Below, in pieces: positions 9,592 through 18,441 of a stretch of 31,352 bases of DNA (positions within the stretch are counted from its first letter, which is position 1; each line of letters begins with the position of its first letter). The notes beneath the pieces are model-generated. The model was not told the DNA's origin and searched no databases. It was given only the letters and a program-made list of their open reading frames with translations. Source of the stretch: an uncultured Planctomycetales bacterium (GTDB lineage: Bacteria; Omnitrophota; Gorgyraeia; Zapsychrales; CAZAPN01); the NCBI GenBank assembly GCA_964487145.1, contig CAZAPN010000001.1, positions 1 to 31,352 on the forward strand, written 5' to 3'. Position numbers and translations under genes: made by a program.

Positions 9592-9954
9592 ATGCTAAAT
9601 CCAAAAGAACAACAAAGAATTTATCGGCATAAACGCCTTCGTCATAAAGTCGTAGGGACTTCAGATCGTCCACGGCTTTATGTCCATTGCGGTCTGCGCA
9701 GTATGCAGGCCCATGTCGTCGATGATGTATTGAGGAAAGTGATTTGCGGGATGTCAACCTTGGACAAGTCTTTGAAGACCAAGGTTAAACACGGGGGGAA
9801 TGTTCAGGCCGCAACACTTTTAGGAGAGGCCTTAGCCGCCAAGGCGAAGGGCAAAGGAATTCAAAAAGTATGTTTTGACCGTGGGGGCTATTTTTATCAC
9901 GGACGTGTGAAGGCCTTTGCGGACGCAGCCAGAAAAGGTGGATTAGAATTCTAA
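9592..9954 (+). CDS. rplR: 50S ribosomal protein L18
   Basis: RHKRLR, RPRL, FDRGGYFYHGRVKAFADAARKGGLEF. Confidence 0.96.
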   Translation: MLNPKEQQRIYRHKRLRHKVVGTSDRPRLYVHCGLRSMQAHVVDDVLRKVICGMSTLDKSLKTKVKHGGNVQAATLLGEALAAKAKGKGIQKVCFDRGGYFYHGRVKAFADAARKGGLEF

Positions 9955-10583
9955 TGGACAAAATGAGCAAAAATAACGAAAAAGATTTAGAGCAGAAACC
10001 GGCCGTTGAAGCAGGTCCAACGGAAAATCCTTCTCATCCCGAAGGGCCAAAACCTCGAGGGAAATCGTCTCGACCTCCTCGTCGTCAAGGTCCAGGAGGG
10101 CCTCGCGACATGACTCCTCCAGAATTTTTGGAAAAGGTCATCACCATCAATCGTGTAACCAAAGTCACTAAAGGCGGAAAGAAATTAGGGTTTAGCGCTT
10201 TGGTTGTCGTAGGTGACGGGAAAGGAAAAGTCGGTTATGGGTTGGCGAAGGCAAGTGAAGTCGCCAACGCGATTAAGAAATCTTTGATTGCCGCGAAAAA
10301 AGGAATGATTCGTATTCCTTTAAAAGGGACGACAATCCTTCATGAGGTTTTGGGGGAGTGGGGCAGTGCCATCGTCATGCTCAAACCTGCGTCTGAAGGG
10401 ACGGGCGTTATTGCCGCTGGTCCGGTGCGTGCCATTTGTGAGGCCGCCGGAATCCGGAATATTTTAACGAAGTGTCATCGATCGAATAATCCTGTCAATG
10501 TCATTAAAGCGACGATGGACGGATTTTCACAATTAAAGGCTTTGGAAACTCCTGTAACGACAGAAACTCAGCCAAAGGAATAA
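9954..10583 (+). CDS. rpsE: 30S ribosomal protein S5 with an N-terminal low-complexity extension
   Basis: INRVTKVTKGG, FSALVVVGD, PASEGTGVIAAG, NVIKAT. Confidence 0.97.
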   Translation: MDKMSKNNEKDLEQKPAVEAGPTENPSHPEGPKPRGKSSRPPRRQGPGGPRDMTPPEFLEKVITINRVTKVTKGGKKLGFSALVVVGDGKGKVGYGLAKASEVANAIKKSLIAAKKGMIRIPLKGTTILHEVLGEWGSAIVMLKPASEGTGVIAAGPVRAICEAAGIRNILTKCHRSNNPVNVIKATMDGFSQLKALETPVTTETQPKE

Positions 10584-10584
10584 T

Positions 10585-11034
10585 ATGTTGCTTCATGAAT
10601 TGAAACCACCGCGTTGGTCAAAGAAACGAAAAAAAATTGTTGGGCGTGGTCCCGGCTCAGGCCATGGGAAAACGTCCTGCAAAGGCCATAAAGGACAAAC
10701 ATCCCGTTCTGGTCGTGGGATTTTGCGTACTTCGGAAGGTGGACAGATGCCCTTGATTAAGCGCCTTGGCAAGGTAGGATTTCGTCCTAAACGCCAAAAT
10801 ATTTTTCAATTAGTCAATTTGAAGAGTTTGACACGGTTTAAAGAAGGGACTGTCATTAACGGAGAGTTCCTGAAAAGTCATGGATTAATTAAAGATGTGG
10901 ATCAACGATTTAAGATTTTAGGCGATGGAGAACTTCAAAAGCCTTTAGAGATCCATGCGCATCAGTTTTCGGAATCGGCGAAAGAAAAAATCGTCAAAGC
11001 CGGCGGCAAGGCCGAATTGATTAAGGCTGAATAG
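10585..11034 (+). CDS. rplO: 50S ribosomal protein L15
   Basis: VGRGPGSGHGKT, EGGQMPL, FSESAKEKI..AGG. Confidence 0.97.
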   Translation: MLLHELKPPRWSKKRKKIVGRGPGSGHGKTSCKGHKGQTSRSGRGILRTSEGGQMPLIKRLGKVGFRPKRQNIFQLVNLKSLTRFKEGTVINGEFLKSHGLIKDVDQRFKILGDGELQKPLEIHAHQFSESAKEKIVKAGGKAELIKAE

Positions 11035-11067
11035 TTTTTGATCGTTTCCTAAAAAAGAAGACCACGA

Positions 11068-12417
11068 ATGCTCAAAGCTTTTGTTAATTGTTTTAAGATC
11101 CCTGAATTAAAAAAGAAGATTCTTTTTACATTAGGTTTGATTGCGGTTTATCGGGTGGGGTGTTATATCCCGACCCCCGGCGTCAATGGTTCGATGTTGG
11201 CAGAGTTTTTTGAGCGGATTAATTCCACGGCCGGTGGAACGATCTTTGGCATGATGAACATGTTTTCCGGTGGTGCCTTGCAGAAACTAACGGTTTTTTC
11301 TTTGGGGATTATGCCGTATATTTCCAGTTCGATTATCATGCAGCTTTTAACGGCCATTATCCCGGCTTTAGAAAAAATTGCTAAGGAAGGCCAAGCGGGA
11401 TACCGTAAGATTAATCAATTTACCCGTTATGGGACATTAATTTTGTGTTTGGTCCAATCGTATTTTATCGCTTTGTGGCTCGAGAGCCCTGCGGCCTTTG
11501 CGGGATTGAAGGTTGTGAATAATCCCGGATGGGCGTTCCGGTTTTCAACGGTGATGACGCTGACTTGTGGCACTCTTCTTTTGATGTGGTTGGGGGAACA
11601 AATTCAGGAACGAGGTATTGGCAATGGGATTTCGCTGATTATCACGGCCGGGATCATCGCCAGTATGCCGATGGCTGCGCAACAGTTGATTATGTTATTG
11701 TCCCCTCAAGCCAGTGGGGTCGGTCAGATTCAACCCGCAACTCTTGTTTTAATGTTTGCTCTTTTGATCTTTGTTACTTACAGCGTAACCATGATTACGC
11801 AAGGGCAGCGGAAGATCCCTGTCCAATATGCTCGACGGGTGATTGGACGAAAAGTATATGGCGGACAAAGCACCTATATTCCTTTAAAAGTGGATACAGC
11901 CGGTGTTATTGCCATTATCTTTGCCCAGTCGATCATTCTTTTCCCGGCGACGATTGGGACATTTATTCCAAGCCCTGCGATCCAAGCCATTGCGGGATAT
12001 TTGGCCCGCGGTCATTGGGCTTATTATGCTTTGTATGGTCTTTTGATTGTTTTCTTTTGTTATTTTTATACGGCCATTGTTTTTAATCCTGTGGATGTCG
12101 CAGAGAACATGAAAAAGCACGGGGGATTTGTCCCCGGAGTTCGTCCCGGCACGCCCACATCGGATTTTTTAGATTTTGTTTTAACGCGCATCACATTAGC
12201 TGGTTCATTATTCATTTGTGTGATTGCGATTTCGCCTGATGCGATTATGGCGGCCTTTCGGGTCCCGTATATGGTGGCATCCTTTTTCGGAGGGACAGGT
12301 GTTTTGATTACAGTCGGGGTCATGTTGGACACCATGAAGCAAATTGAGTCGCATCTTTTGATGCGTCATTATGACGGTTTTTTGAAATCTGGCCAGTTGC
12401 GTGGCCGAAGGTCTTAG
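11068..12417 (+). CDS. secY: Preprotein translocase subunit SecY
   Basis: LGIMPYISSSIIMQLL, GEQIQERGIGNGISL, IPVQYA, VPGVRPG, GGTGVLITVGV; about 10 hydrophobic segments. Confidence 0.99.
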   Translation: MLKAFVNCFKIPELKKKILFTLGLIAVYRVGCYIPTPGVNGSMLAEFFERINSTAGGTIFGMMNMFSGGALQKLTVFSLGIMPYISSSIIMQLLTAIIPALEKIAKEGQAGYRKINQFTRYGTLILCLVQSYFIALWLESPAAFAGLKVVNNPGWAFRFSTVMTLTCGTLLLMWLGEQIQERGIGNGISLIITAGIIASMPMAAQQLIMLLSPQASGVGQIQPATLVLMFALLIFVTYSVTMITQGQRKIPVQYARRVIGRKVYGGQSTYIPLKVDTAGVIAIIFAQSIILFPATIGTFIPSPAIQAIAGYLARGHWAYYALYGLLIVFFCYFYTAIVFNPVDVAENMKKHGGFVPGVRPGTPTSDFLDFVLTRITLAGSLFICVIAISPDAIMAAFRVPYMVASFFGGTGVLITVGVMLDTMKQIESHLLMRHYDGFLKSGQLRGRRS

Positions 12418-12424
12418 AGGAACG

Positions 12425-13111
12425 ATGAGAATAGTTTTATTAGGGCCCCCAGGCGCTGGGAAGGGAACACAAGCCAAATTGTTGAAAGATGAGCTGGGGA
12501 TCGCTCACGTTTCAACGGGCGACATCCTGAGGGAGGAGATGAAAAATAATACTCCTTTAGGCCAAGAGATCAAGCAGTTTGTGAATTCTGGCGGATTGGT
12601 CCCGGATGAAATTATTACCAAAATTATCGAGCAGAAGTTGATGACGGATAAGTCTTTGGATAAAGGTTATATGCTCGATGGGTTTCCTCGGACCAAGGCC
12701 CAGGCGCAAGATTTAGACCGCATTACACAGAAGATTGGCAAACCCATTGATTATACGCTTTATATGGAGGCGAGTTTACCCATCATCATCCAACGCTTGA
12801 CAGGTCGTCGAGTGTGCCGAAAATGCGGGGCTCTTTTTCATGTGGTGAATAAACCTTCACGAAAAGAAGGGGTATGTGATCTCTGTCAAGGAGAGCTTTA
12901 TCAGCGATCGGATGACAATGAAGAGACCATTAAGAAGCGGATGGAGGTTTATTTGACCAATACCCAGCCGATCATTGATTATTATAAGGCTCAGGGAAAA
13001 TTGAGAACGATTGACGCGTCGCGTAATGCGGAAAAAGTTATGGTTGAATTAATGGACATGTTTAACCAAGACGGAAAAATTGATAAAAATAAAGTCAAAA
13101 AAGGAAATTGA
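12425..13111 (+). CDS. adk: Adenylate kinase with a zinc-type lid
   Basis: GPPGAGKGTQA, STGDILR, LDGFPRT, lid CRKC...CDLC. Start at ATG 12425. Confidence 0.98.
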   Translation: MRIVLLGPPGAGKGTQAKLLKDELGIAHVSTGDILREEMKNNTPLGQEIKQFVNSGGLVPDEIITKIIEQKLMTDKSLDKGYMLDGFPRTKAQAQDLDRITQKIGKPIDYTLYMEASLPIIIQRLTGRRVCRKCGALFHVVNKPSRKEGVCDLCQGELYQRSDDNEETIKKRMEVYLTNTQPIIDYYKAQGKLRTIDASRNAEKVMVELMDMFNQDGKIDKNKVKKGN

Positions 13112-13823
13112 TTTACTTCGCACCTCCGGACGCGTTTTAGCAGATATTTTTGAGGTATTGAAAGGCTCTTTAAAAACTGGGATGACCACGCGTGATATTG
13201 ATGCCTTGGCAGAGAACATGATCGCCGAGCATCATGCAATTGCGGCCTTTAAAGGATATCGCGGTTATCCGAGCTGCGTTTGCGTTTCGATTAATGAAGA
13301 GGTCGTTCACGGCATTCCCGGTGAACGCGTTGTTCGAGACGGTGATTTGGTGAGTCTCGATATCGGGCTTGTTTTGGAGGGATATTATTCCGATATGGCC
13401 ATGACAATTCCTGTCGGGACCATTGACCGTCAGAAACAGAAATTGATCGATGTCGCGAAAGAATCTTTAAGGCGCGGAATTGCCCAGGCGGTGGCCGGGC
13501 ATCATCTCTTTGATATTTCGTATGCGATTCAAAATTATGTGGAAGCAAATGATTTTTCGGTTGTACGAGATTTTGTCGGTCATGGCATTGGAACAAGTCT
13601 TCACGAAGATCCCGAGATTCCCAATTTTGGACGAGCGCATACGGGACCGGTATTAAAAACTGGAATGGTCTTTGCGATAGAGCCCATGGTGAATATGGGA
13701 ACATGGGAAACGGTTGTTTTAGAAAATCACTGGACAGTGGTGACCAAGGATCGTAAGCCTTCTGCTCATTTTGAGCATACGGTGGCGATCACAGACCAAG
13801 GCCCAGAAATATTGACAAAATAA
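13080..13823 (+). CDS. map: Type I methionine aminopeptidase
   Basis: TTG start; [30 protein letters not shown] and AHFEHT supply the metal ligands. Confidence 0.98.
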   Translation: MIKIKSKKEIDLLRTSGRVLADIFEVLKGSLKTGMTTRDIDALAENMIAEHHAIAAFKGYRGYPSCVCVSINEEVVHGIPGERVVRDGDLVSLDIGLVLEGYYSDMAMTIPVGTIDRQKQKLIDVAKESLRRGIAQAVAGHHLFDISYAIQNYVEANDFSVVRDFVGHGIGTSLHEDPEIPNFGRAHTGPVLKTGMVFAIEPMVNMGTWETVVLENHWTVVTKDRKPSAHFEHTVAITDQGPEILTK

Positions 13824-13824
13824 T

Positions 13825-14046
13825 ATGGCCAAAGAAGATTTAATCGAAGTTGAAGGAACAGTTTTGGAAGGATTGCCCAATGCGATGTTTCGCGTTGAGT
13901 TGGATAATGGCCATAAAGTGTTAGCACATATTTCGGGAAAGATTCGTATGCATTTCATTCGGATCTTGCCCGGTGACAGGGTGAAAGTGGAACTTTCTCC
14001 CTATGATTTAACCCGAGGCAGAATAACGTTTAGGACAAATAAATAA
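13825..14046 (+). CDS. infA: Translation initiation factor IF-1
   Basis: [35 protein letters not shown]. Confidence 0.98.
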   Translation: MAKEDLIEVEGTVLEGLPNAMFRVELDNGHKVLAHISGKIRMHFIRILPGDRVKVELSPYDLTRGRITFRTNK

Positions 14047-14047
14047 T

Positions 14048-14161
14048 ATGAAAGTCAAATCCTCAGTTCGAAGAATTTGTAGTCAATGCAAGATTATCCG
14101 ACGAGAAAGAGTCGTTCGGGTCATCTGTTCTAATCCGAAGCATAAACAAAGGCAGGGATAA
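14048..14161 (+). CDS. rpmJ: 50S ribosomal protein L36 (37 aa; not in the ORF track)
   Basis: Hand translation gives [37 protein letters not shown], with zinc ligands C,C,C,H. Confidence 0.97.
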   Translation: MKVKSSVRRICSQCKIIRRERVVRVICSNPKHKQRQG

Positions 14162-14166
14162 ACGCT

Positions 14167-14547
14167 ATGGCAAGAATTTTAGGTGTTGATTTACCCAAAG
14201 ACAAAAGAATCGAAGCGGCTTTACCTTATCTTGATGGGATCGGTCCGACACTGGCCCGTGTTATCCTCGATGAGGCCAAAATCGATTATAACAAGCGCGC
14301 GAAGGACCTTTCTGAAGAAGAGGTCTTGAAGATCGCCAATATTATTCAGAAGAAATATCGTGTGGAAGGTGAATTAAGACAGGAAGTCACCCAGAATGTC
14401 CGACGCATGATTGAGATCAGTTCTTATCGAGGGTTGCGACATAAAAAAGGGCTTCCGACCCGAGGCCAGCGGACACGCACCAACGCCCGCACGCGTAAGG
14501 GGAAAAAGAAAATCGTCGGCGTCATGAAAGTCGCTGCACCGGTTTAA
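14167..14547 (+). CDS. rpsM: 30S ribosomal protein S13
   Basis: [35 protein letters not shown]. Confidence 0.98.
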   Translation: MARILGVDLPKDKRIEAALPYLDGIGPTLARVILDEAKIDYNKRAKDLSEEEVLKIANIIQKKYRVEGELRQEVTQNVRRMIEISSYRGLRHKKGLPTRGQRTRTNARTRKGKKKIVGVMKVAAPV

Positions 14548-14563
14548 AAAAGGTCAAGGAACT

Positions 14564-14950
14564 ATGGTCGAAAAACCTAAAACAAAGAAGAAAGTTTTAA
14601 AAGACGTTAGTAACGGAATCGTCCACATTCAAGCCTCATTCAACAATACCATTATTACTGTGACTGACAAAATCGGTCGGGTGATTGCCTGGTCTTCTCC
14701 GGGGGTTGTGGGATTTAGCGGTTCAAAAAAATCAACACCCTTTGCCGCTCAGGTGGCTGCCGCTGATGCGGCAAAGAAAGCCAAAGATTTAGGTATGATG
14801 AGTGTGGATGTTTATGTCAAAGGTCCTGGTTCTGGACGGGAATCAGCGATTCGGGCCTTACAGGCGGCAGGATTAAGCGTCACCTCTATCAAAGATGTGA
14901 CACCTATTCCGCATAACGGCTGTCGCCCCCGTAAGAAACGAAGAGTTTAG
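14564..14950 (+). CDS. rpsK: 30S ribosomal protein S11
   Basis: [37 protein letters not shown]. Confidence 0.98.
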   Translation: MVEKPKTKKKVLKDVSNGIVHIQASFNNTIITVTDKIGRVIAWSSPGVVGFSGSKKSTPFAAQVAAADAAKKAKDLGMMSVDVYVKGPGSGRESAIRALQAAGLSVTSIKDVTPIPHNGCRPRKKRRV

Positions 14951-14972
14951 TTTTAAGAAAGGATAGTTTTCA

Positions 14973-15599
14973 ATGGCAAGAGATCGAGGATCAGTGTGTC
15001 GTCAATGTCGGCGGGAAGGCCAAAAGCTTTTCTTAAAAGGCTCTCGCTGTTATTCCATCAAATGTGCTTTGGATCGCCGGGATTATGCCCCGGGTCAACA
15101 TGGTGCAAAACGGACTAAACTTTCCAATTATGGCATTCAGTTGAGAGAGAAACAAAAGGTCAAAAGGATGTATTGCCTTTTGGAAAAACAGTTCCGAGGG
15201 TATTTTGAAAAGGCGGCACGCTCTAAAGGCATTACAGGAAACGTTTTGTTGCAATTCCTGGAAAGACGACTGGACAATGTCATCTATCAACTGGGATTTG
15301 CCACTTCGCGTAAAGAAGCCCGACAAATTGTAAATCACAATTTTGTTTATGTGAATAATCGTCGGGTGAATATTGTTTCGTATCTTGTTAAGAAAGACGA
15401 TGAAATCCTTCTCAAGTCAGCCAAAAAAGGGTTGAACTTTGTGAAAGAAAACTTTGAGACCAACAAGGGGCGTGCTGTTCCTGCATGGCTTGAGGTTGAT
15501 GGGGACCATTATCGAGCCAAGGTGCTTCGTTTGCCGGAACGCTCCGATATTCAGTTGCCGATTAATGAGCAGTTAATCATCGAGCTTTATTCAAAATAA
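14973..15599 (+). CDS. rpsD: 30S ribosomal protein S4 (four-cysteine form)
   Basis: CRQCRREG.KLFLKG.RC...KC, LREKQK, LERRLDN, IIELYSK. Confidence 0.98.
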   Translation: MARDRGSVCRQCRREGQKLFLKGSRCYSIKCALDRRDYAPGQHGAKRTKLSNYGIQLREKQKVKRMYCLLEKQFRGYFEKAARSKGITGNVLLQFLERRLDNVIYQLGFATSRKEARQIVNHNFVYVNNRRVNIVSYLVKKDDEILLKSAKKGLNFVKENFETNKGRAVPAWLEVDGDHYRAKVLRLPERSDIQLPINEQLIIELYSK

Positions 15600-15634
15600 T
15601 ATTTTCCCTATACATTACCGATTAGGAGGAGAAC

Positions 15635-16627
15635 ATGGGAGTTAAGTGGAGAGACTTTCAGATGCCTAAGAGGCTCGATTGCGATGAATCGACCTATAAT
15701 AATACCTATGGGAAGTTTATCGCAGAACCTTTTGAACGAGGGTATGGAGTCACGTTAGGAAATTCTTTAAGAAGGATTCTATTGTCGTCGATTGAAGGCA
15801 GTGCTGTGACTTCCGTGAGAATCGAGGGAGCTCCCCATGAGTTCACCAACTTGCCTGGCGTTATGGAATCAGGAACAGATATCATTCTCAATCTTAAATC
15901 GTTGGTTTTACGGTCGCATTCCAAGACCCCAAAACCGATTTACATTAAGACAGAGAAAAGAGGCGAGATCAAAGCGAAGGATATTATTTGCGACGAAACG
16001 ATTGAGATCCTCAATCCGAATTTGCATATTGCCACTTTAACGCAAGATATCAAATTTCACATGGAGATGGAAGTTTCGCGCGGCCGTGGGTATGTTCCGG
16101 CTGAGTTGAACAAACGCGAGGATGCGCCGGTCGGGACTATCGCGATCGATTCCATTTTTACTCCGATTGTGAAAGTCAATTATTTCGTTGAGAACACGCG
16201 TGTTGGGCAGAGAACAGATTATGACAAGTTGATCTTGGAAATATGGACCAACGGGGGAGTCAATCCTAAGGAGGCCTTGTTATATGGGGCGAATATCCTT
16301 CAGCGTCATTTGGATGTCTTTGTGAGCTATGGCCAGCTTCCTGAAGAGGAAGAGGAAGAAGAAGAGATAACAGCTGAAGAAAAAGCGCTGTATGAGAAGT
16401 TGCGCCTTCCCATTTCCGAACTCGAATTGTCAGTCCGCAGTTCGAATTGCCTGAAGGAAGCCAACATAAAAACCATTTCCGATTTGGTTCGAAAAACAGA
16501 AGGCGAACTTTTAGGTTTTCGTAATTTTGGAAAGAAATCCTTAACGGAAATCAATGACCTGTTAAAGGTCATGGGTTTGGGTTTAGGAATGAAAGTCGAT
16601 TTGAAAAAATTAAGACAGAAAGAATAA
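15635..16627 (+). CDS. rpoA: DNA-directed RNA polymerase subunit alpha
   Basis: EPFERGYGVTLGNSLRRILLSS, GRGYVPA, RVGQRTDYD, C-terminal domain LSVRSSNCL...NFGKKSL; AGGAGG SD. Confidence 0.99.
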   Translation: MGVKWRDFQMPKRLDCDESTYNNTYGKFIAEPFERGYGVTLGNSLRRILLSSIEGSAVTSVRIEGAPHEFTNLPGVMESGTDIILNLKSLVLRSHSKTPKPIYIKTEKRGEIKAKDIICDETIEILNPNLHIATLTQDIKFHMEMEVSRGRGYVPAELNKREDAPVGTIAIDSIFTPIVKVNYFVENTRVGQRTDYDKLILEIWTNGGVNPKEALLYGANILQRHLDVFVSYGQLPEEEEEEEEITAEEKALYEKLRLPISELELSVRSSNCLKEANIKTISDLVRKTEGELLGFRNFGKKSLTEINDLLKVMGLGLGMKVDLKKLRQKE

Positions 16628-16630
16628 GCC

Positions 16631-17215
16631 ATGCGCCATCGGATTGCCGGAAATAGATTAAATCGTTTTTCGAGTTTGCGAAAAGCAACTCTTCGCGACT
16701 TAGCCAAAGCCACTCTAGAGAAACAGCGTATTTGTACCACGAAAGCCAAAGCCAAGGAGGCAAGAAAATTGGTCGATCGCCTTGTGACTTTAGGCAAAAG
16801 AAACACTTTGGCAGCAAAACGCAGGGCCTTTGCCATCCTTTGCGATCATGATCTTGTCAGTCATTTGTTTAATAAATTGGCCCCTTTGTTTTCGGGGCGC
16901 ATGGGGGGATATACCCGTATCATTCATTTGCCTCAACCCCGTCGGGGAGATAATGCGTCGTTAGTTTTTCTTGAGCTTACAGAAAAAATCGTTGAGACCC
17001 CTAAAAAAGCTCCCGCGAGTGCTCGTGCCAAAGGAGACAAAGATAAAAAGGTAAAAACCGATGCTCCCGAAGTCAAAAAGGAAGAGCCTCAGAAAAAACC
17101 GGCAGCCCCTGCAAAACCTGTCGAGAAAGAACAGCCGATTCATAAGCCCGCAAAGCCAAAACTTTTGGGCGGAGTAAAAAAGATTTTTAATAAGAAAAGT
17201 CCGACCGGATCGTAA
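16631..17215 (+). CDS. rplQ: 50S ribosomal protein L17 with a Lys/Pro-rich C-terminal tail
   Basis: MRHR, ICTTKAKAKE, GGYTRII, RRGDNA; about 75 aa of extension. Confidence 0.97.
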   Translation: MRHRIAGNRLNRFSSLRKATLRDLAKATLEKQRICTTKAKAKEARKLVDRLVTLGKRNTLAAKRRAFAILCDHDLVSHLFNKLAPLFSGRMGGYTRIIHLPQPRRGDNASLVFLELTEKIVETPKKAPASARAKGDKDKKVKTDAPEVKKEEPQKKPAAPAKPVEKEQPIHKPAKPKLLGGVKKIFNKKSPTGS

Positions 17216-17230
17216 ACCATTTCAGCCAAA

Positions 17231-18400
17231 ATGAAGATTTCTCAAAGAGTAGAAAATCTTGTTGGCTCCTCGACTCTCGCGATTACCGCAAAGGCCAAAG
17301 AATTAAAAGCCCAGGGCCATGATGTTGTTAATTTTGGTGCTGGAGAACCCGATTTCGATACCCCCGATTTCATTAAACAAGCTGCGATTAAAGCCATTCA
17401 GGACGGCTTCACGAAATATACTCCTTCCATTGGAACCCTTGAGTTACGACAAGCTATTTCTGAAAAATTTAAAAAAGAAAACCAGCTGGATTATAAACCC
17501 AATCAGATCATTGTTTCCTGCGGCGCCAAACATTCCTTATGCAATTTATTCCTGACCCTCATTGATAAAGGTGATGAGGTCTTGATCCCTGGCCCCTATT
17601 GGGTGAGTTACCCTGAGATGGTCAAATTGGCCAGTGGAAAGCCAAAGATCATTAAAACGAACAAAAAAACCAACTTTAAACTCACCGCCCAGAATCTGGA
17701 AAAGGCCATTACGAAAAAAACCAAGGTTTTGGTCTTGAATTCCCCCTCGAATCCGACGGGAATCTTATATTCAAAAGAAGAACTGCTTCCGTTGGCGGAA
17801 ATTTGCGTCAAGCACAAGATCTTTATCGTGAGTGATGAGATCTATGAGAAGTTAATCTATGATACGGATCAATATACGTCTGTGGCTTCCTTAGGCAAGG
17901 ACGTCTATGATTTAACGTGTACCGTGAATGGTGTTTCAAAAACTTTTGCCATGACCGGTTGGCGCATTGGTTATTTGGGGGCGCCGCTTGAGATTGCCGA
18001 GGCGATTAAAAAATTGCAGGACCATGCCACGTCGAACCCCACATCGATTAGTCAAATGGCAACGCTCGCTGCCCTTAAAGATGCCGGACAAACCGTGGCC
18101 TTAATGAAAAATGAATTTAAACAGAGGCGTGATTTAATTGTTTCTTGCTTAAATCAAATCCGTGAGATAAGCTATATCTACCCCCAGGGGGCTTTTTATA
18201 TTTTTTGTAACATTTCGAAACTGAAGATGGGATCCGTTGAGCTGGCCGAAAAGATTTTGAATGATGTGAAAGTCGCGGTTATTCCGGGGGATGGTTTCGG
18301 AGCGGATGATTATATCCGTTTAAGTTTTTCAACTTCCCAAGAAAGAATTCAAGAAGGTGTTCGGCGTATTGGGGAGTGGATCAAAATTAATAAAACATAG
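17231..18400 (+). CDS. aspC: PLP-dependent class I/II aminotransferase (aspartate aminotransferase-like)
   Basis: GAGEPDFDTP, NSPSNPTG, SDEIYE, SKTFAMTGWRIG (PLP lysine). Substrate specificity is inferred from family only. Confidence 0.88.
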   Translation: MKISQRVENLVGSSTLAITAKAKELKAQGHDVVNFGAGEPDFDTPDFIKQAAIKAIQDGFTKYTPSIGTLELRQAISEKFKKENQLDYKPNQIIVSCGAKHSLCNLFLTLIDKGDEVLIPGPYWVSYPEMVKLASGKPKIIKTNKKTNFKLTAQNLEKAITKKTKVLVLNSPSNPTGILYSKEELLPLAEICVKHKIFIVSDEIYEKLIYDTDQYTSVASLGKDVYDLTCTVNGVSKTFAMTGWRIGYLGAPLEIAEAIKKLQDHATSNPTSISQMATLAALKDAGQTVALMKNEFKQRRDLIVSCLNQIREISYIYPQGAFYIFCNISKLKMGSVELAEKILNDVKVAVIPGDGFGADDYIRLSFSTSQERIQEGVRRIGEWIKINKT

Positions 18401-18441
18401 GCAGTCCCATAAATCCGTTTGTCTAAACAAGGGAGGGTCCG

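Noticed and set aside
9332-9598. 88-aa + strand ORF spanning rplF and the rplF-rplR spacer
   Set aside because: It is out of frame with rplF over most of its length and resembles no known protein.
11529-12086. 185-aa alternative-frame ORF inside secY
   Set aside because: Fully nested in a highly conserved gene with no recognisable motif or RBS. A stop-poor alternative frame is expected over T-rich membrane-protein codons.
13291-13704. 137-aa antisense ORF over map, and the other minus-strand ORFs in the track
   Set aside because: All lie opposite well-supported + strand genes and show no protein-family signal.
13812-13840. TTGACA at the end of map as a possible promoter for infA
   Set aside because: No -10-like hexamer at 16-18 nt spacing.
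16327-16836. 169-aa antisense ORF over rpoA/rplQ, including a poly-Ser run
   Set aside because: The Ser run is simply the reverse complement of the RpoA poly-Glu codons; this is a shadow ORF.
18405-18434. Possible hairpin sequestering the pilT SD (TCCC...GGGA with inner GTTT/AAAC)
   Set aside because: Only two 4-bp stems separated by a large internal loop; too weak to support without folding or covariation data.
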